A stretch of DNA of 64,000 nt, taken from Azolla caroliniana (Eukaryota > Plantae > Polypodiophyta). Location: contig JBHGNT010000124.1 of the NCBI GenBank assembly GCA_043228905.1, positions 9,255-73,254 of the forward strand, given 5' to 3'. This document shows positions 1-12,163 of this stretch, one piece after another. The position numbers and the translations under genes are program-made. Numbering within the stretch: the first letter of the stretch is position 1; each line of letters opens with the position of its first letter. The notes under the pieces were generated by a model. The model did not search any database, was not told the DNA's origin, and saw nothing but the letters and a program-made list of their open reading frames with translations.

Positions 1-2509
1 TACGAAACTTGATCTCCGTACTGGCTACCATCAAATACGAATAAGTGAGGACGATGTTCCTAAAACAGCATTTCGTACGCGCTACGGCCATTATGAGTTT
101 TTGGTTATGCCTTTTGGTTTGACCAATGCTCCGGCTACATTTCAACAAGAAATGAATGACATTTTCCGAGAACAACTTGGAAAATTTGTCGTTATCTTCT
201 TAGATGATATTTTAGTTTATAGCCGTACATTACAAGAACATGCTAGACATGTCCGCTTTGTTTTACAAATATTGCGTGACAAACAATTTTACGCGAAGAT
301 CTCAAAATGTGAGTTCTTCAAGAAATCAATTACTTATCTTGGACATCTCATAACCGAACGAGGAGTTGAAATTGATCCTTCTCGCATCGAGAAAATCAAG
401 CTTTGGCCCACTCTTCGGAATATTCGAGAAGTTCGATCATTCCTTGGTTTTGTCGGATTTTTGCGAAAATCTCTTCGTAATTACTCACAATTGACGACGC
501 CGTTTACTGATCTTCTAAAAGGTCAAACGCGTAAGTCTACAAAACCTATTGTGTGGAATGCTACACTAGACCTCGCCTTTAAGGAACTCAAGGACTTGGT
601 ATGCAAGGCTCCTTCACTTCTTTTACCCGATCCTTCAAAACCTTTTGAGGTTGAAACCGACGCAAGCGATTATGCTATAGGTGCTGTCTTGTATCAAGAT
701 GGTAAACCAATAGCATTCGAGAGTAAGAAACTTGATTCTGCTCAATGTCGGTATACCGTTCAAGAAAAGGAATTATTTGCGGTTATACATGCGCTCAAAA
801 CATGGCGCCATTATCTTTATGGAAATCGCTTTGTGGTAACTACGGACCACGAGTCCTTGAAATATTTTTGTGACCAACAAGACCTGAAAGGTCGTAAGGC
901 ACGATGGGCTGATCTCATCCAGGACTTTGATTTTTCCATACGATATCGTAAAGGTTCCATGAATACTGTCGCTGATGCACTAAGTCGCATCCGTGAAGTT
1001 AACATGCTTAGCTTCACTGAAATAACATCAGATCTTTATGATCACCTTCGAGGAAAGTATCCTGATGACAATTATTTTGCAAAATACTGGGCAAGAGTCG
1101 AGTCTGGAACAGACACCACCACACCCTCGAAGGAATACTTCCACATTGCTAACGGTCTGCTCTACCGTAATGGGAAGGTTTGTGTTCCAGATTTACCTGA
1201 GGTCAAAAAGAGAATTCTTTTTGAATGCCATGATGCACCCTCAGCAGGGCACCCTGGAATACATCGTACACTCGTTCTCATCTCCACTCAATTTTATTGG
1301 CCTAAGATGCGTCCTGACATACATAGCTATGTGACTAAATGTCACCAATGTCAGGTTAACAAAGCCGAGCGACTTAAAGCCGAAGGACTTTTACATCCCT
1401 TGGACATTCCCAATAATAAGTGGGAAAGTATATCCATGGATTTTATTGTTAGCCTTCCTCGCACCCAAAAAGGTCATGATGCCATATGGGTTGTGGTTGA
1501 CAGACTAACTAAAATGGCCAGATTTATTGCCACGGTAACAGCTCCTGAATTGGCTTACCAATTCGTTGATGACTTATTTCGTTTTTACGGGTTACCGATG
1601 GATATCGTGAGTGACCGAGATCCGAAGTTTACTAGTGACTTCTGGACGCAAGTCTTTAAGAAGTTAGAAACTACGTTGAGCATGAGCTCCACGGATCATC
1701 CTCAATCCGATGGACAGACAGAACGAGTAAATCAAATTATTGAGGACATGCTTCGAGCATACGTTGGTGCAAAACCAACAAAATGGGAACGTTACCTCCC
1801 AATTTTGGAGTTTGCTTATAACAGCTCCAAGCATACGTCGACGGGATATAGTCCTTTTATGTTGATGTATGGATTTCAGCCACGAGCCCCGATTGATGTT
1901 AATATACATCATGATGAGTTGCGAAGTACGCAAAACTTTCTTCGGGATATGCAAGATATGTTGCATATTGCACGGGATAATATAAAAACAGCTCAAGATA
2001 GAGCGCGTTTTTATGCCGATCATCACAAGCAACCTCGTGTATTCAGCCCTGGACAGAAGGTATTTTTACGTGTACCTCACAATTCTAAGACATTGTCTAC
2101 GGGTAAGTGCGCTAAGTTAGCCCCACGGTTTTGTGGACCTTTTACAGTCCTCAAACGCATTGGATCATCAGCCTATCGTCTCGCTCTTCCCGATGGTGTT
2201 GGAATCCATCCAGTCTTTCATGTAAGTCGTCTAAAAGAACTTCTAGGTTCTGGCGACAATACAGTCACAACTAAAACTCTGGTTACTTCTGAAGATTTAT
2301 CTTCTAAACCACATGTACCAGAAAGAATTCTCGATGTTAAAACAAAAAAATTACGTGCTAGGGAAATCCGAGAATTTAAAATAAAATGGATGGATAAATC
2401 AATCAAGGATGCCACATGGGAACGCGAAACGACTCTAAGAACTAACTTCCCTAACTTTCCATTGCAAGAGTGCAATGTTTTAAAGAGGGGGAGTATGTTA
2501 CGGGCATGA
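1..2509 (+). CDS. Ty3/Gypsy chromovirus pol, 5'-truncated by window edge (RT-RNase H-integrase-chromodomain)
   Basis: Open frame with RT motifs ([17 protein letters not shown]), RNase H ([10 protein letters not shown]), integrase HHCC zinc finger ([10 protein letters not shown]...CHQC) and core ([24 protein letters not shown]), GPF motif and C-terminal chromodomain (PERILD...KIKW...ATWE). Confidence 0.95.
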   Translation, partial: TKLDLRTGYHQIRISEDDVPKTAFRTRYGHYEFLVMPFGLTNAPATFQQEMNDIFREQLGKFVVIFLDDILVYSRTLQEHARHVRFVLQILRDKQFYAKISKCEFFKKSITYLGHLITERGVEIDPSRIEKIKLWPTLRNIREVRSFLGFVGFLRKSLRNYSQLTTPFTDLLKGQTRKSTKPIVWNATLDLAFKELKDLVCKAPSLLLPDPSKPFEVETDASDYAIGAVLYQDGKPIAFESKKLDSAQCRYTVQEKELFAVIHALKTWRHYLYGNRFVVTTDHESLKYFCDQQDLKGRKARWADLIQDFDFSIRYRKGSMNTVADALSRIREVNMLSFTEITSDLYDHLRGKYPDDNYFAKYWARVESGTDTTTPSKEYFHIANGLLYRNGKVCVPDLPEVKKRILFECHDAPSAGHPGIHRTLVLISTQFYWPKMRPDIHSYVTKCHQCQVNKAERLKAEGLLHPLDIPNNKWESISMDFIVSLPRTQKGHDAIWVVVDRLTKMARFIATVTAPELAYQFVDDLFRFYGLPMDIVSDRDPKFTSDFWTQVFKKLETTLSMSSTDHPQSDGQTERVNQIIEDMLRAYVGAKPTKWERYLPILEFAYNSSKHTSTGYSPFMLMYGFQPRAPIDVNIHHDELRSTQNFLRDMQDMLHIARDNIKTAQDRARFYADHHKQPRVFSPGQKVFLRVPHNSKTLSTGKCAKLAPRFCGPFTVLKRIGSSAYRLALPDGVGIHPVFHVSRLKELLGSGDNTVTTKTLVTSEDLSSKPHVPERILDVKTKKLRAREIREFKIKWMDKSIKDATWERETTLRTNFPNFPLQECNVLKRGSMLRA

Positions 2510-2950
2510 CCATATAATATCCCGTGGTGAGAATTGTCGTAGTATTCTATACACGTGGATAAGTGTGAGGTTTAAACAAAGAGTCTAAAGAAGGGGAGGA
2601 TTACTTTTAATCCTCGGGATTGAGACAACCCATGAGGCCAAGTGTGAACATGGCTGGGGGCCTTGAGAATTACTATAAATAAGAGGCCTAGCTACCCTCA
2701 TTTGGGCATGCATTGACTACGTCGAGACTCTGTCCGTGAGTGGAACGACTCTTGTAGCAAGCGCGCTATCGTCCAGGTACGACTCGACGCCAAGGCGGTG
2801 GTATGGGACGCCGATCGAGGCTCGAGTCCGTCTCGATCCCTTCGCTCGGGGGTGGTCGGGTGGATCGGCACCCTTCTTTCTCTCTTTTCTCTCTATTCTT
2901 TCTAGATCTATCATTGATATATCCTTATTTTATGCTTACTTTAGTACCTA
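2482..2950 (+). mobile_element. Polypurine tract and start of 3' LTR of the chromovirus (right end not resolved)
   Basis: AAAGAGGGGGAG at 2482-2493, then TGTTA at 2496 and TATAAAT at 2674-2680. No clear CA terminus or TSD found. Confidence 0.6.
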
Positions 2951-2954
2951 ATCT

Positions 2955-5000
2955 CTAATAGTTCGGCACCACCGTGCCGAACTCCGGTTACCCTTTCGCA
3001 TGCGTTGTCGGCCCTTGCCCGGCCAGATTGTGCATCGCCTTCCTCTCCGCATACCGGTGTCCTCCGTGTCCGAGGAACACCCTGTACTAGCCCGCTTGGC
3101 CCCCTTTCGTATCGCGCCCTTGCGACCGGTCCAGAGCCTTTTGCTTGCCGTCGTCCCCTCGTCCCCACCGGCTTGTCATCTCAGGCTTGGCTTGCCACTC
3201 TGACTGAGTCGCTGAGATCTCCAAAGCGAGTGTGGAGGATCCTTCTCCGGCTCTTGATACTGTCTCCGGTCTTCAACCGTGCAGTCTGTTACGCACCCAT
3301 GTTACCTCGTTCCCGACACTGTCATGTGCCGTCTTCCACCATCCTTGTTCGGCACCGCCCGTGCCGAACGTCGTCCCGTACTTGTGCTTCAAACCGGCCC
3401 TTAATGGCCACATGCACGTCTCTCGATCTGCTCCCAGGTGTGCCTTTCCGGCTTGGCACACTACTCCTTGCTTGCCCTTACTGGCTCCTTCCGAAACTGT
3501 AACCGACCGGTAAGGGTTCGCCCCTTTTTCAATTCGAGTCTTGCCAGCTCCCATCTCACCGGCTCCCAATCCGCTCTTTTGTGTTGCTGGGTCCCGTTTT
3601 CTGCTGCCACCATCCTTCTCACTCGGTCTCACGTTGCCATGTCGGCCTGAACTGCCGGTGTCAGTGTGAGGATCCCATAGGACTGGGCTTCCTTTCTCTA
3701 CTCCCGCCTTTTGTGTTGTCTTTCGGTCGAGTCAATTCCCGACTTTCCCCTTCTTCGTCTTTGTTGATTCGCCTTTGTCCCCTTGCCGCCACCATCAACC
3801 TCTTGGTCTTACGTAGACCCCGTTGCCGACCGTCGAAGTCTCTAGATCCGATGTGAAGGATCCTCCTCAGGCCTCCGATACGTCTTCCTAACCCTTTCTC
3901 GGGCCGTCCTTCTCCCCTTGCCGAGAGGGCGGTTTTCTCCGCACCCTCTCCCGTGGTATCAACATATAGTCTTTCCTCCCTTTGGGATCGGTTATCCGAA
4001 AGGCCGCTCTCACAGTTCTCGTCCGGGTCCGTCCATACCTTCTCCACATTGCCGGATCCCGTTCTCCCGCATATGATCAACTTCTTCGATCGCACTCTCA
4101 ACGGCTTCCAAACCGTTTCTCATCCACCCTTCTTCCGTGTATGTTCATCCTCGCCTTTGACATTGCCTTCACCACGAAGCCTCTACATCGACCTCCATTC
4201 TCCCTTGCCGCCTTTCACGTCGGGTTCACCAAAGATATGTCGCGGTATTCCGCGAGTACGTGTAGGATCCTAGGCGGGACCGCGACTAGGGAGACGAATG
4301 GTGGAGTCCTTAGGCTTTGTGGGTTTCAATCTGGAATCGGCTTCCGGCTCCAAGGAATGTAGGGTTTTGTTACTCTTTAGGGCTGGACAGTAGCCTAACA
4401 CATGGTGTTTACAGAAGACACTTCACCAAAGGGTGTTACGGTGAAACACAGTTAGACAGACGATTAATCAAACCTTAATCAGTTACTTAAGCAACATATC
4501 CTTAATCTTAATAGACGTGTAAGATCAAAAGTAATTAGCAGAAAACAGTAATCAATACGCAGAGATAAGAAAATAGAGCTTTATTAATTATCCGTCCTCA
4601 TTTACAATGTAACCGGGCCTTTTTATAGATCACCGGCTCTGGATACAAAATGGTGCCAACCGACACACTAATATGAACCGGTCCGGATCCGGATCGGCAT
4701 ACCGATTCCGGTCCGTCCATTCACTTCTCTAAAATCTACTTAATTACTTAATATCTTAATAACAGCCTCTGATTATTTCTGCCCTTTCATATTCTGGATT
4801 GTTCTACACTCCTTGCTGGCTGGCTAACAGGTTTCACAAAATGGTTCAACGCGAATATGGACCCGACTCAAATATGTTACAAGGAAGATAGATATACACT
4901 AACATGAATATATATTACAAGAGTTTTACAACAAGATGGTTACATGCCCCGAATCCGGTGGCTAATACAAACAATCGGTTAATACATCAAGATAAGAATG
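2955..5000 (-). mobile_element. Decayed non-autonomous tRNA-Trp-primed Gypsy-family element (internal region, PBS and partial 5' LTR)
   Basis: Minus strand reads ...CGCGACA (LTR end at 4238) then TGGTGAACCCGACGTGAA (4214-4231), identical to the PBS at 12130. Peptide YVDTTGEGAEKTALS resembles HDGTTGERVEQDTHS of the 12164 ORF. Outer boundaries are approximate. Confidence 0.6.
4368..4829 (-). mobile_element. Solo LTR (462 bp)
   Basis: TG...CA termini, perfect 5-bp TSD GGTTT (4363-4367 and 4830-4834), TATAAAA on minus strand near 4625; homologous to 30232-30683. Confidence 0.85.
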
Positions 5001-5053
5001 GGGGACCGGTGAAGGCGAGTCAAGTGGGCCGTCGGGACCGCGACGTCCACCGT

Positions 5054-5688
5054 TGGTCACGCCCCGAAGATGATGGAGTGTTCCCGTGCCGCTTCGTCCT
5101 CCCTTCTCGAACCGGCCGCCATGCGAAACGCTCTCCATCGAAGAGAGGAAACCGAATCTCTAAGCACCGCCACTGGAATGCCTAAAGCCGTTGTTGTAGG
5201 AACCCTCAAACCAAACCAAACTCTCACACGAAGAAGAGAGGGTAGCAATCGAAACCCTAAACAACATACCCTAACTCGCACAAACTCTCTCCGGGAGAAA
5301 AACCTAAACAAAATACTAACCTCCACTCAAAAGAATGAACCAAACCCATGAGACAATGATGAAGAAAGCTCAAAATGGAACCCTAAACGAAATAGGGTGA
5401 AAAGACCCAAGTAGAAACCCTAAGGGAACAAGAATAAAATGAAGAGGAAGAACACTATCAAACCCTAGACCTAAGTGGTATACCCTTCTAACTCCAAAAT
5501 TGGCAACCCCTTCCAAAGTGACCCCTCCCTTCCTTTTATAGCCCAAGGAGGGAGAGACGTTACAATGTGGGATAAGTTCTCCCCTTATTCTATATACCAT
5601 ATTACTACTATACATGTGCCCATGTTGCACACCACCGACTTGCCCTTTCCACCCCGGTTTCACACCGTAGCCGGAAATCTTCATGACA
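5054..5688 (-). mobile_element. LTR-like sequence (probable solo LTR)
   Basis: Minus strand starts TGTCATGAAGATTTCCGGC, has TATAAAA near 5535 and ends GGGGCGTGACCA; same 5' end as the plus-strand copy at 6612. TSD not convincing. Confidence 0.55.
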
Positions 5689-6611
5689 ACGGGCGCGCGA
5701 ACAGGCTGCACGGGGTGAAGACCGGAGACAAAGATCGGAAGTCGAAGGAGGATCCTCCACACCTGCTTCGGAGATCTCGATGGCTCAGTCGGAGTAGCAA
5801 CGACTAGTGTGACATGCCAAGCCCGAGATAACAACCTGGTGGGGGCGAGGGGACAACGGCGAGCAAAAGACTTCGAACCGATTGCGGCAGCGTGAGATGG
5901 GAGGAGCCAAGCAGGCTACTACGGGGTGATCCTCTGACGGAGGACACCGGCATGCGAATCGGTGGTGCACGATCTGGCCGGGCAAGGGCCGACGAAGGGT
6001 GCATGAAAGGTGACCGGAGTTCAGCATGACGATGTCGAACCGCGAGGAAGGGATGCACAACACACGGAGGTGTTGGAAAGAAAGTACGTGTGCGAAGGAT
6101 GGTTGCCGGATCAAGAGATATTCGGTAGAAGGCCGGACAGGGATCCTCCACACCGGTTCTAGAGACCTTGGCAATCTGAGCCGACGTGGCAACGTAAGAC
6201 CAAGGAGAAGGAAGGTGGCGGCGAGGGGACGAAGGTGATGGGCAACCGCACGGGATGGCAAACAGGATCACGCGGACGATCAACTAAGGCCAAGCGGGCC
6301 ACTACAAGTATTCCTCAAGCAGAGAACACCAGGTGTATGGCGGAGAGTGGAGCATGCATGTGGCCGAGTGAAGGGCCAACAAAGGGGCATGCGTACTACA
6401 GGGTCACGGCGAACGACCTATTGACGGGTCGAACGAGCCTAAAGAGAGGAAAACGCGAAGGACGAACCGGAGCCGACGGTTCAAACCGGCAGTGGTCGAC
6501 GTGGCAAGCCGGGATGCGGGTCACAGAAGACCAATTTCTCAACGGCCCGAATCTTTCGCCCTTCTCCGGATTTGGCACATACCGGTGGACGTGTGGTTTG
6601 GTGGCGGCAGA

Positions 6612-7305
6612 TGTCATGAAGATTTCGGGCCACAGTGAGAAACCGGAGAATATTGGAAGGATCGGCAAGGTGCACCATGTGCACCCACCCTTGTACAAAA
6701 TTAGCGTAGGAGCTAGGGGCGCCTTTATGGCGCCGAATAGGCAATAAAGTTGGGACAAAGGATCCCATGTATATCAGGATTTATCCCACATAGTCACGCG
6801 ACCTCGCCTTGTTCTATAAAAGGGAGGGTGTGCCCTTTGTATAGGGGTTCCTCGTTTTCGAGGTTCCAAGGGTTCCCACCCGTTGGGTTCCATTTTGTGT
6901 ATATACATTTCTATTTTTGTTTTCTGTTTCTATTTCGTCTTGGTCTCTCTCTTGTTTTTGCTAGGGATTCAAGTGTCTCTTTTTCTGTTAGGGTTCGTCT
7001 ACAGTGTGAATAGGAGGGTGGTTCGTCTGTGGTTGTGAGTGAATAAGCGTGGTTGGGGCGACAGACAACGTGCGGGCTATCTTTGGTTTCTTGCAGGGTT
7101 TTTGTGGGTTTCTGGAACACTTCGGTGTGTGTGGGTGTGCAACGGTGTTGATTTCTATTGCTCGCAACGAGCCTGCGCGCCAAGTGGTTCGTTGGTAGGC
7201 TCCCCTCCTTGTTGCGCAAGACCCCTCTCGTGCCGGTTAGCCCATGCGCTTCTGGAAGGCGACTTGGCGACAGGACGCGATCATTCTCAGAAGAGGCGTG
7301 CCCTG
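6612..7305 (+). mobile_element. LTR-like sequence related to 5054-5688
   Basis: Starts TGTCATGAAGATTTCGGGC, has TTATCCCACA and TATAAAA (6815) like the minus copy; right end approximate. Confidence 0.5.
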
Positions 7306-7472
7306 CACAAGGATCCCATCATGCGATCGAGCCCTAGTGCCCCCAATCAATCCTAGGATGCAAGTTCCCTCTTCCTCTCTATGTGAAACCGATACATCAA
7401 TAAGCATCTTGAACGTGTGTGTGTGTGTGTGTGTGCGTGTGCGCGGGCGCGGTTAACCGGGCCGTGACCCAT

Positions 7473-8232
7473 TGTCGTAGTGTATTTCGTACACTACATG
7501 AAAAACTTATAAAGTAACGTTTTAGTAAATGTGAAGAAATAGAAGAAAATGTCAAAATAAATAATACATGCATAGGGCAAGATTCAAACCTTGCACCTCC
7601 ATGTTAATAATGTAATGTCTTACCATTGCACTAACATTTCATTAGTGTTAAAAAGTAGATGTTCCACATAGAAAGGTTAATTCACCTAGGATAAACTTTA
7701 GTTAAAAGAAAACGCATGCTAAAAGAAAAAGCTACGCATGCACATCTACCGTGCATAAACGTTATAGTTGATAAAAAATGCACAAGTTAGAAAAAGCATG
7801 ATCACTTTAGATAAAGCATATAGTCTATCTATAGAAAAAGCATATAGTCTATCTATAGGAAAAGCATGGAGTCTATAGTTAGAGGGAAAAAAAAAAACAT
7901 GGATTACTAAGACTCCCTCATCACTACATAAGGATGGGAGCACAATGTAAAAGGTGTGTGAAATATTTGGGAAATTGGATATATTTCCTAAAACACCAAT
8001 TAATAAACTATACTCGTGGGATTCACGAGATTTCTATATCTTTCTCTATCAATCTAAATACATATTCTTACATAAATATTAATCAATAAAATACATTATA
8101 CTTGTGGGATTCACAAGTTTCTACTATTCTATTCATAATTAAAATCGCCTCAAATTCTTGGTCTTCCTAGTCCAAAACCCCAGCGATTCCCACCCGACTC
8201 ACGCAAACGATCTGGCACTTAAATGCATGACA
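7473..8232 (+). mobile_element. Solo LTR of the 11399-14916 family
   Basis: Starts TGTCGTAGTGTATTT and ends GCATGACA; colinear with 11399-12125. Flanks CCAT/CTGT are compatible with a deaminated CCGT TSD. Confidence 0.85.
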
Positions 8233-8496
8233 CTGTGCCTCTTTGGGCCCTTGTACATGCGAAGAGAAGGGCGTTAAGGATGGGTGCATGCCTTCCTACT
8301 CTGCAAGCGGTCACCGGTCGCATCCGGAGAGGAACCGGAACCGGCCGGCAAGGTCTGACCCGGACACCATCCGGATCCAAACAGGCCGGCTACACAACAA
8401 ACTCAAGAGGATTCGATCCTCCGGCAACTCCACTCCTGGTCCATGACCCCGGTGGTCCCGCCTGGATCCGACATGCAAGTGCGGATCTCCGCGACA
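8233..8496 (+). mobile_element. 3' part of an LTR related to the 4238 LTR end; truncates the Tcn1-like chromodomain
   Basis: Ends ...GGATCTCCGCGACA; its reverse complement resembles 4238-4290 (TGTCGCGG...GGATCC(T)AGGCGGGACC). Abuts the YLVDWLGYSPS chromodomain fragment. Confidence 0.55.
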
Positions 8497-11400
8497 TCGC
8501 TTGGACTATAGCCTAGCCAATCAACCAAATAGTAGAGCTTGTTGCGAACAATCTTGGAATTGAGGATGGCAACAACTTCATACTTCGGTCTTACTTCAAG
8601 CTCGATGGGGGGTGATGGTGGTGGTGTAATACAATCTGTAATAATGTTATCTTGATAGGGTTCGAGAAGAGAACTATGAAAAATCGGATGTAACCGTAGT
8701 TGCAGAGGTACATCAAGACGAAAAGTGATATCATTAAATTTTCCAATAATACAGAAAGGACCTAATTGTCAATAATCCAATTTATCGCATGGTCGAGTAG
8801 TCTTGATGTGTTGTCGTAATAGCCATACCCGATTTCCAATGTCAAAATAGGATGGAAGCCAATGATGATCCGCATAAGCCTTATGTGTTTGTTGAGGTTG
8901 ATTTAAATGGGTAGATAGGTCTGCCTGTATCTTTCATAGCCTCTCCAAATGATCCTCTGCACGAGGATTTGTGGGTAACTCCAGAGTTTCGAACACACAC
9001 CATCAAGAATGATAGCCTGTATAAGCATAAAATGATGTAACCCTAGTCGATGAGTGGATAGAGTTATTATAAGCAAATTCGGCAAAGTGGAGAATATCCG
9101 CCCAATCATCTTGTTGATAGCTTAGAAAACACCGAAGATATTGTACCAACGTTTGATTTGTTCGTTCTGCTTGTCTATATGTTTGAGGGTGATAGACGGA
9201 GGAGAGGTTACAAGTGACCTTGAGCATTTTGAAGAGATGCTTCCAGAATTTCGAGATGAATTGAGGTCCACGGTCACTAATGATACTTTCCAGGGCCATG
9301 ATGCCCCAATACCTCACGCATGAAAATTTCTACGGTTTCTTCACTAATGGTTGCCTTAGTACAAGGCATGAAATGTGCCATCTTAGTATATCAATCTACT
9401 ATTGTAAAGATTGCATCGAATCCCTTTGAAATTGGAATATGTGTGATAAAATCTAGAGAAATGGACTGCCACGGCTTGCTTGGAATTGGTAATGGTTCCA
9501 ATAAACCATATAGATGATGTCTTGACATCTTTGCTCTGCAACATGTATCACATGTCTGAACATAGTCTTCGACAAATCGTCGCATATGAGGCCACAAAAA
9601 TGGTTGTTGTACTAAATCCAACGTTTTAGTACTACCAAAATCTCAAGTTGTATATGTGTCATGACAATTTTGGACTACCTGAAGGCAACAAGAACCATTG
9701 GAAACATACAAGATTTTCTTAAAGAATAGTAATTCATCATGACATTCGAATTGTCAATTGTCCGTACCTAGTTGTTGGGATTGTGAACAGATTGCCCGCG
9801 AGGGATCAATTTGCACTAGAATGGCTTGAGCGAAAGCATCTATCTTCAAGTATTCACGTATGGTCTCAATAACGCGGGAATCCAATGGAGTGTCAAAAAC
9901 CAACGTTGCTTGCAGTCATGTTGGTCCTAGATTGACTTGCTTTTGATTATCGAATGTTGGATCACCAAGACAAGGTGCCAGATACGAGCACCACGATAAT
10001 GCATCTGGAAATAGGCAAGGTTTTTGTGATCACTGAATACGGTGACTTGATGAGAAGATCTGGAAATGCCTCCAGTGTGTAAAAGAGTCCACTATTGTTA
10101 GTAGCTCATTGTCATGTATCTCGCAGTTGATTCCGGCCACATTAAACTTGCGCAAGTGGAAAGCCACATGATGTAGTTTTTCATCATCGCCTTGTTGGGA
10201 TAGAATGCTACCAATGGCAAAATCCGACGCGTTTGCCTCCATGATGAACGATTTTTTCAGATCAACATAAGCTAGAATATGATCTAATGTAAATGCTTTC
10301 CTAAGACTTACAAAAGTTGTTTATGCTTCCTTAGACCAAACAAATGACTACCCCTACTTGGTAAGCTATGTGAGAGGCAAAATAAGCTTTGAGTAGTCCT
10401 GTATAAACTTGCGGTAGAAATTTGCGAAGCCTAAAAAAAATTGCACATCTCGCAACGAACAAGGAGTCTACCACCTTACCATAGTTCTGACCTTAGCTGG
10501 ATCCATAGAGATGCCTTCCGAGGAGATGACATAGCCTAGAAATTCCACCTGGTTGCACTCAAAACTACATTTTTCCAGTTTTGCATAAAGACCATGTTCT
10601 CAAATTCGTTTTAGTACTTATAGTACATGAGAATCATGCTCTTCTTGAGTCTTTGAATAAACTAGTAGATCATCCAAATAGTTGATCAAACAAATATCCA
10701 AGAGATCTCGGAATATATCATTTGCCATGTGCTGGAAGATTGATGGCGCATTGGTGAGACCGAATGACATAATTGTATACTCGAAGTGCCCATATCAGGT
10801 GCGAAAAGCGGTCTTCCATTCATCTCCTGGTCGGATCCGTAAAAGGTTATATGTGCCTTGTAAGTCGATCTTTGTGAAGAGACGATAATCCACGACAAGA
10901 CGAAGTGATCCATTTTTTTTCTTGACAAAGAGAATGGGTGCGCCGGCTAGAGATTCCGAATTTCGAATGAACCCATTTGCCAAGTTCTCCTCTATGTAGG
11001 CTCGAAGGACTTCTAGCTCGGTTGGTGACAAGTTGTAGATCCGTTCCCATGGTGGCTCTTTTCCTAGTTGTAAATTGTTGAGAGACAAGCTCAACATCGG
11101 CCGGATCGGTTGAAGAAGCCTAGGACCAGATTGGTTGGGACCGATCGGTTAAGCCGAGTGCGTAAACCAGGAGGTCGTTAGGAAAGATATTCCGTGAGGA
11201 ATATATTTGGGAGTTAGTGTAGTTAGTGTAGGAGCTCTTAAAGAGCATTGAAGTACGGTCAGTACTTCAGTCAGTCCTTCGAGGACTTGTATAAAAGTGT
11301 TCATGGAACACACATATGTATAGAGTAGTGAATTGAGATCTTTTGTTGAATATAGTTCTTGTATTTTCTCTCTCTCACTCTCTCTGTCTCTCCCGCGTTG

Positions 11401-11499
11401 TCGTAGTGTATTTTGTACACTACGTGAAAAACGTATATAGTATTAGATTCAATAAAAAATGAAGAAATAGAAGAAAATAGCAAAATAAATGGAACATGT

Positions 11500-11568
11500 A
11501 TAGGGCAAGATTCGAACCTTGCACCTCCATGTTAATAATGTAATGTCTTACCATTACACTAGCATTTC
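11500..11568 (-). promoter_or_regulatory. tRNA-like Pol III module in LTR U3 (copies also at ~14291-14359 and ~7572-7640)
   Basis: A box TAGTGTAATGG (11561-11551), B box GGTTCGAATCT (11518-11508), 32-nt spacing, T-arm stem GCAAG/CTTGC, downstream T4 runs. Confidence 0.7.
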
Positions 11569-12163
11569 ATTAGTGTTAAAGCATAGATGTCCCACATAGA
11601 AAGGTAAATTCACGCTAGGATAAACATTAGAAAAACGCATAACAAAAGAAAAAGCTACACATACACATCTAGCGTGCATGATAAAAAACGCACAAGTTAG
11701 AAAAAGCATGATCACTTTAGATAAAGCATATAGTCTATCTATAGGAAAAGCATGGGGTCTATAGTTAGAGAAAAAGCATGGATTACTAAGACTTCCTCAT
11801 CACTACATAAGGATGGGAAGCACAATGTAATTGTGTGTGAAAAATATTTGGAAACTGGATATGTTTCTAAAAAACACCAATTAATAAACTATACTCGTGG
11901 GATTCACGAGAATTCTATATCATTCTCTTTCAACCGAAGTTTATATTCTTATATTCATATTGATTAATCTAATACAATACACTCGTGGGATTCACGAGTT
12001 TGCTATAACTCTTTCTTACAACATATTTATATTCTTATTAGCCTTAAAACTCTCCTCTTCCTAGTCCAAAACCCCAGCGGTTCCCACCCGACTCACGCAA
12101 CGATCCGAAGCCGAAAGGCACGACACAGTTGGTGAACCCGACGTGAAGGCGGGTGGCAAGGAG

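Noticed and set aside
4214-4231. Perfect tRNA-Trp 3' end with CCA on the plus strand
   Set aside because: Only 18 nt, adjacent to an LTR end; it is a primer binding site on the minus strand.
2717-7456. Many 60-170-aa ORFs on both strands
   Set aside because: Expected in GC-rich repeat DNA; no recognisable domains apart from one peptide similar to the gag-only element.
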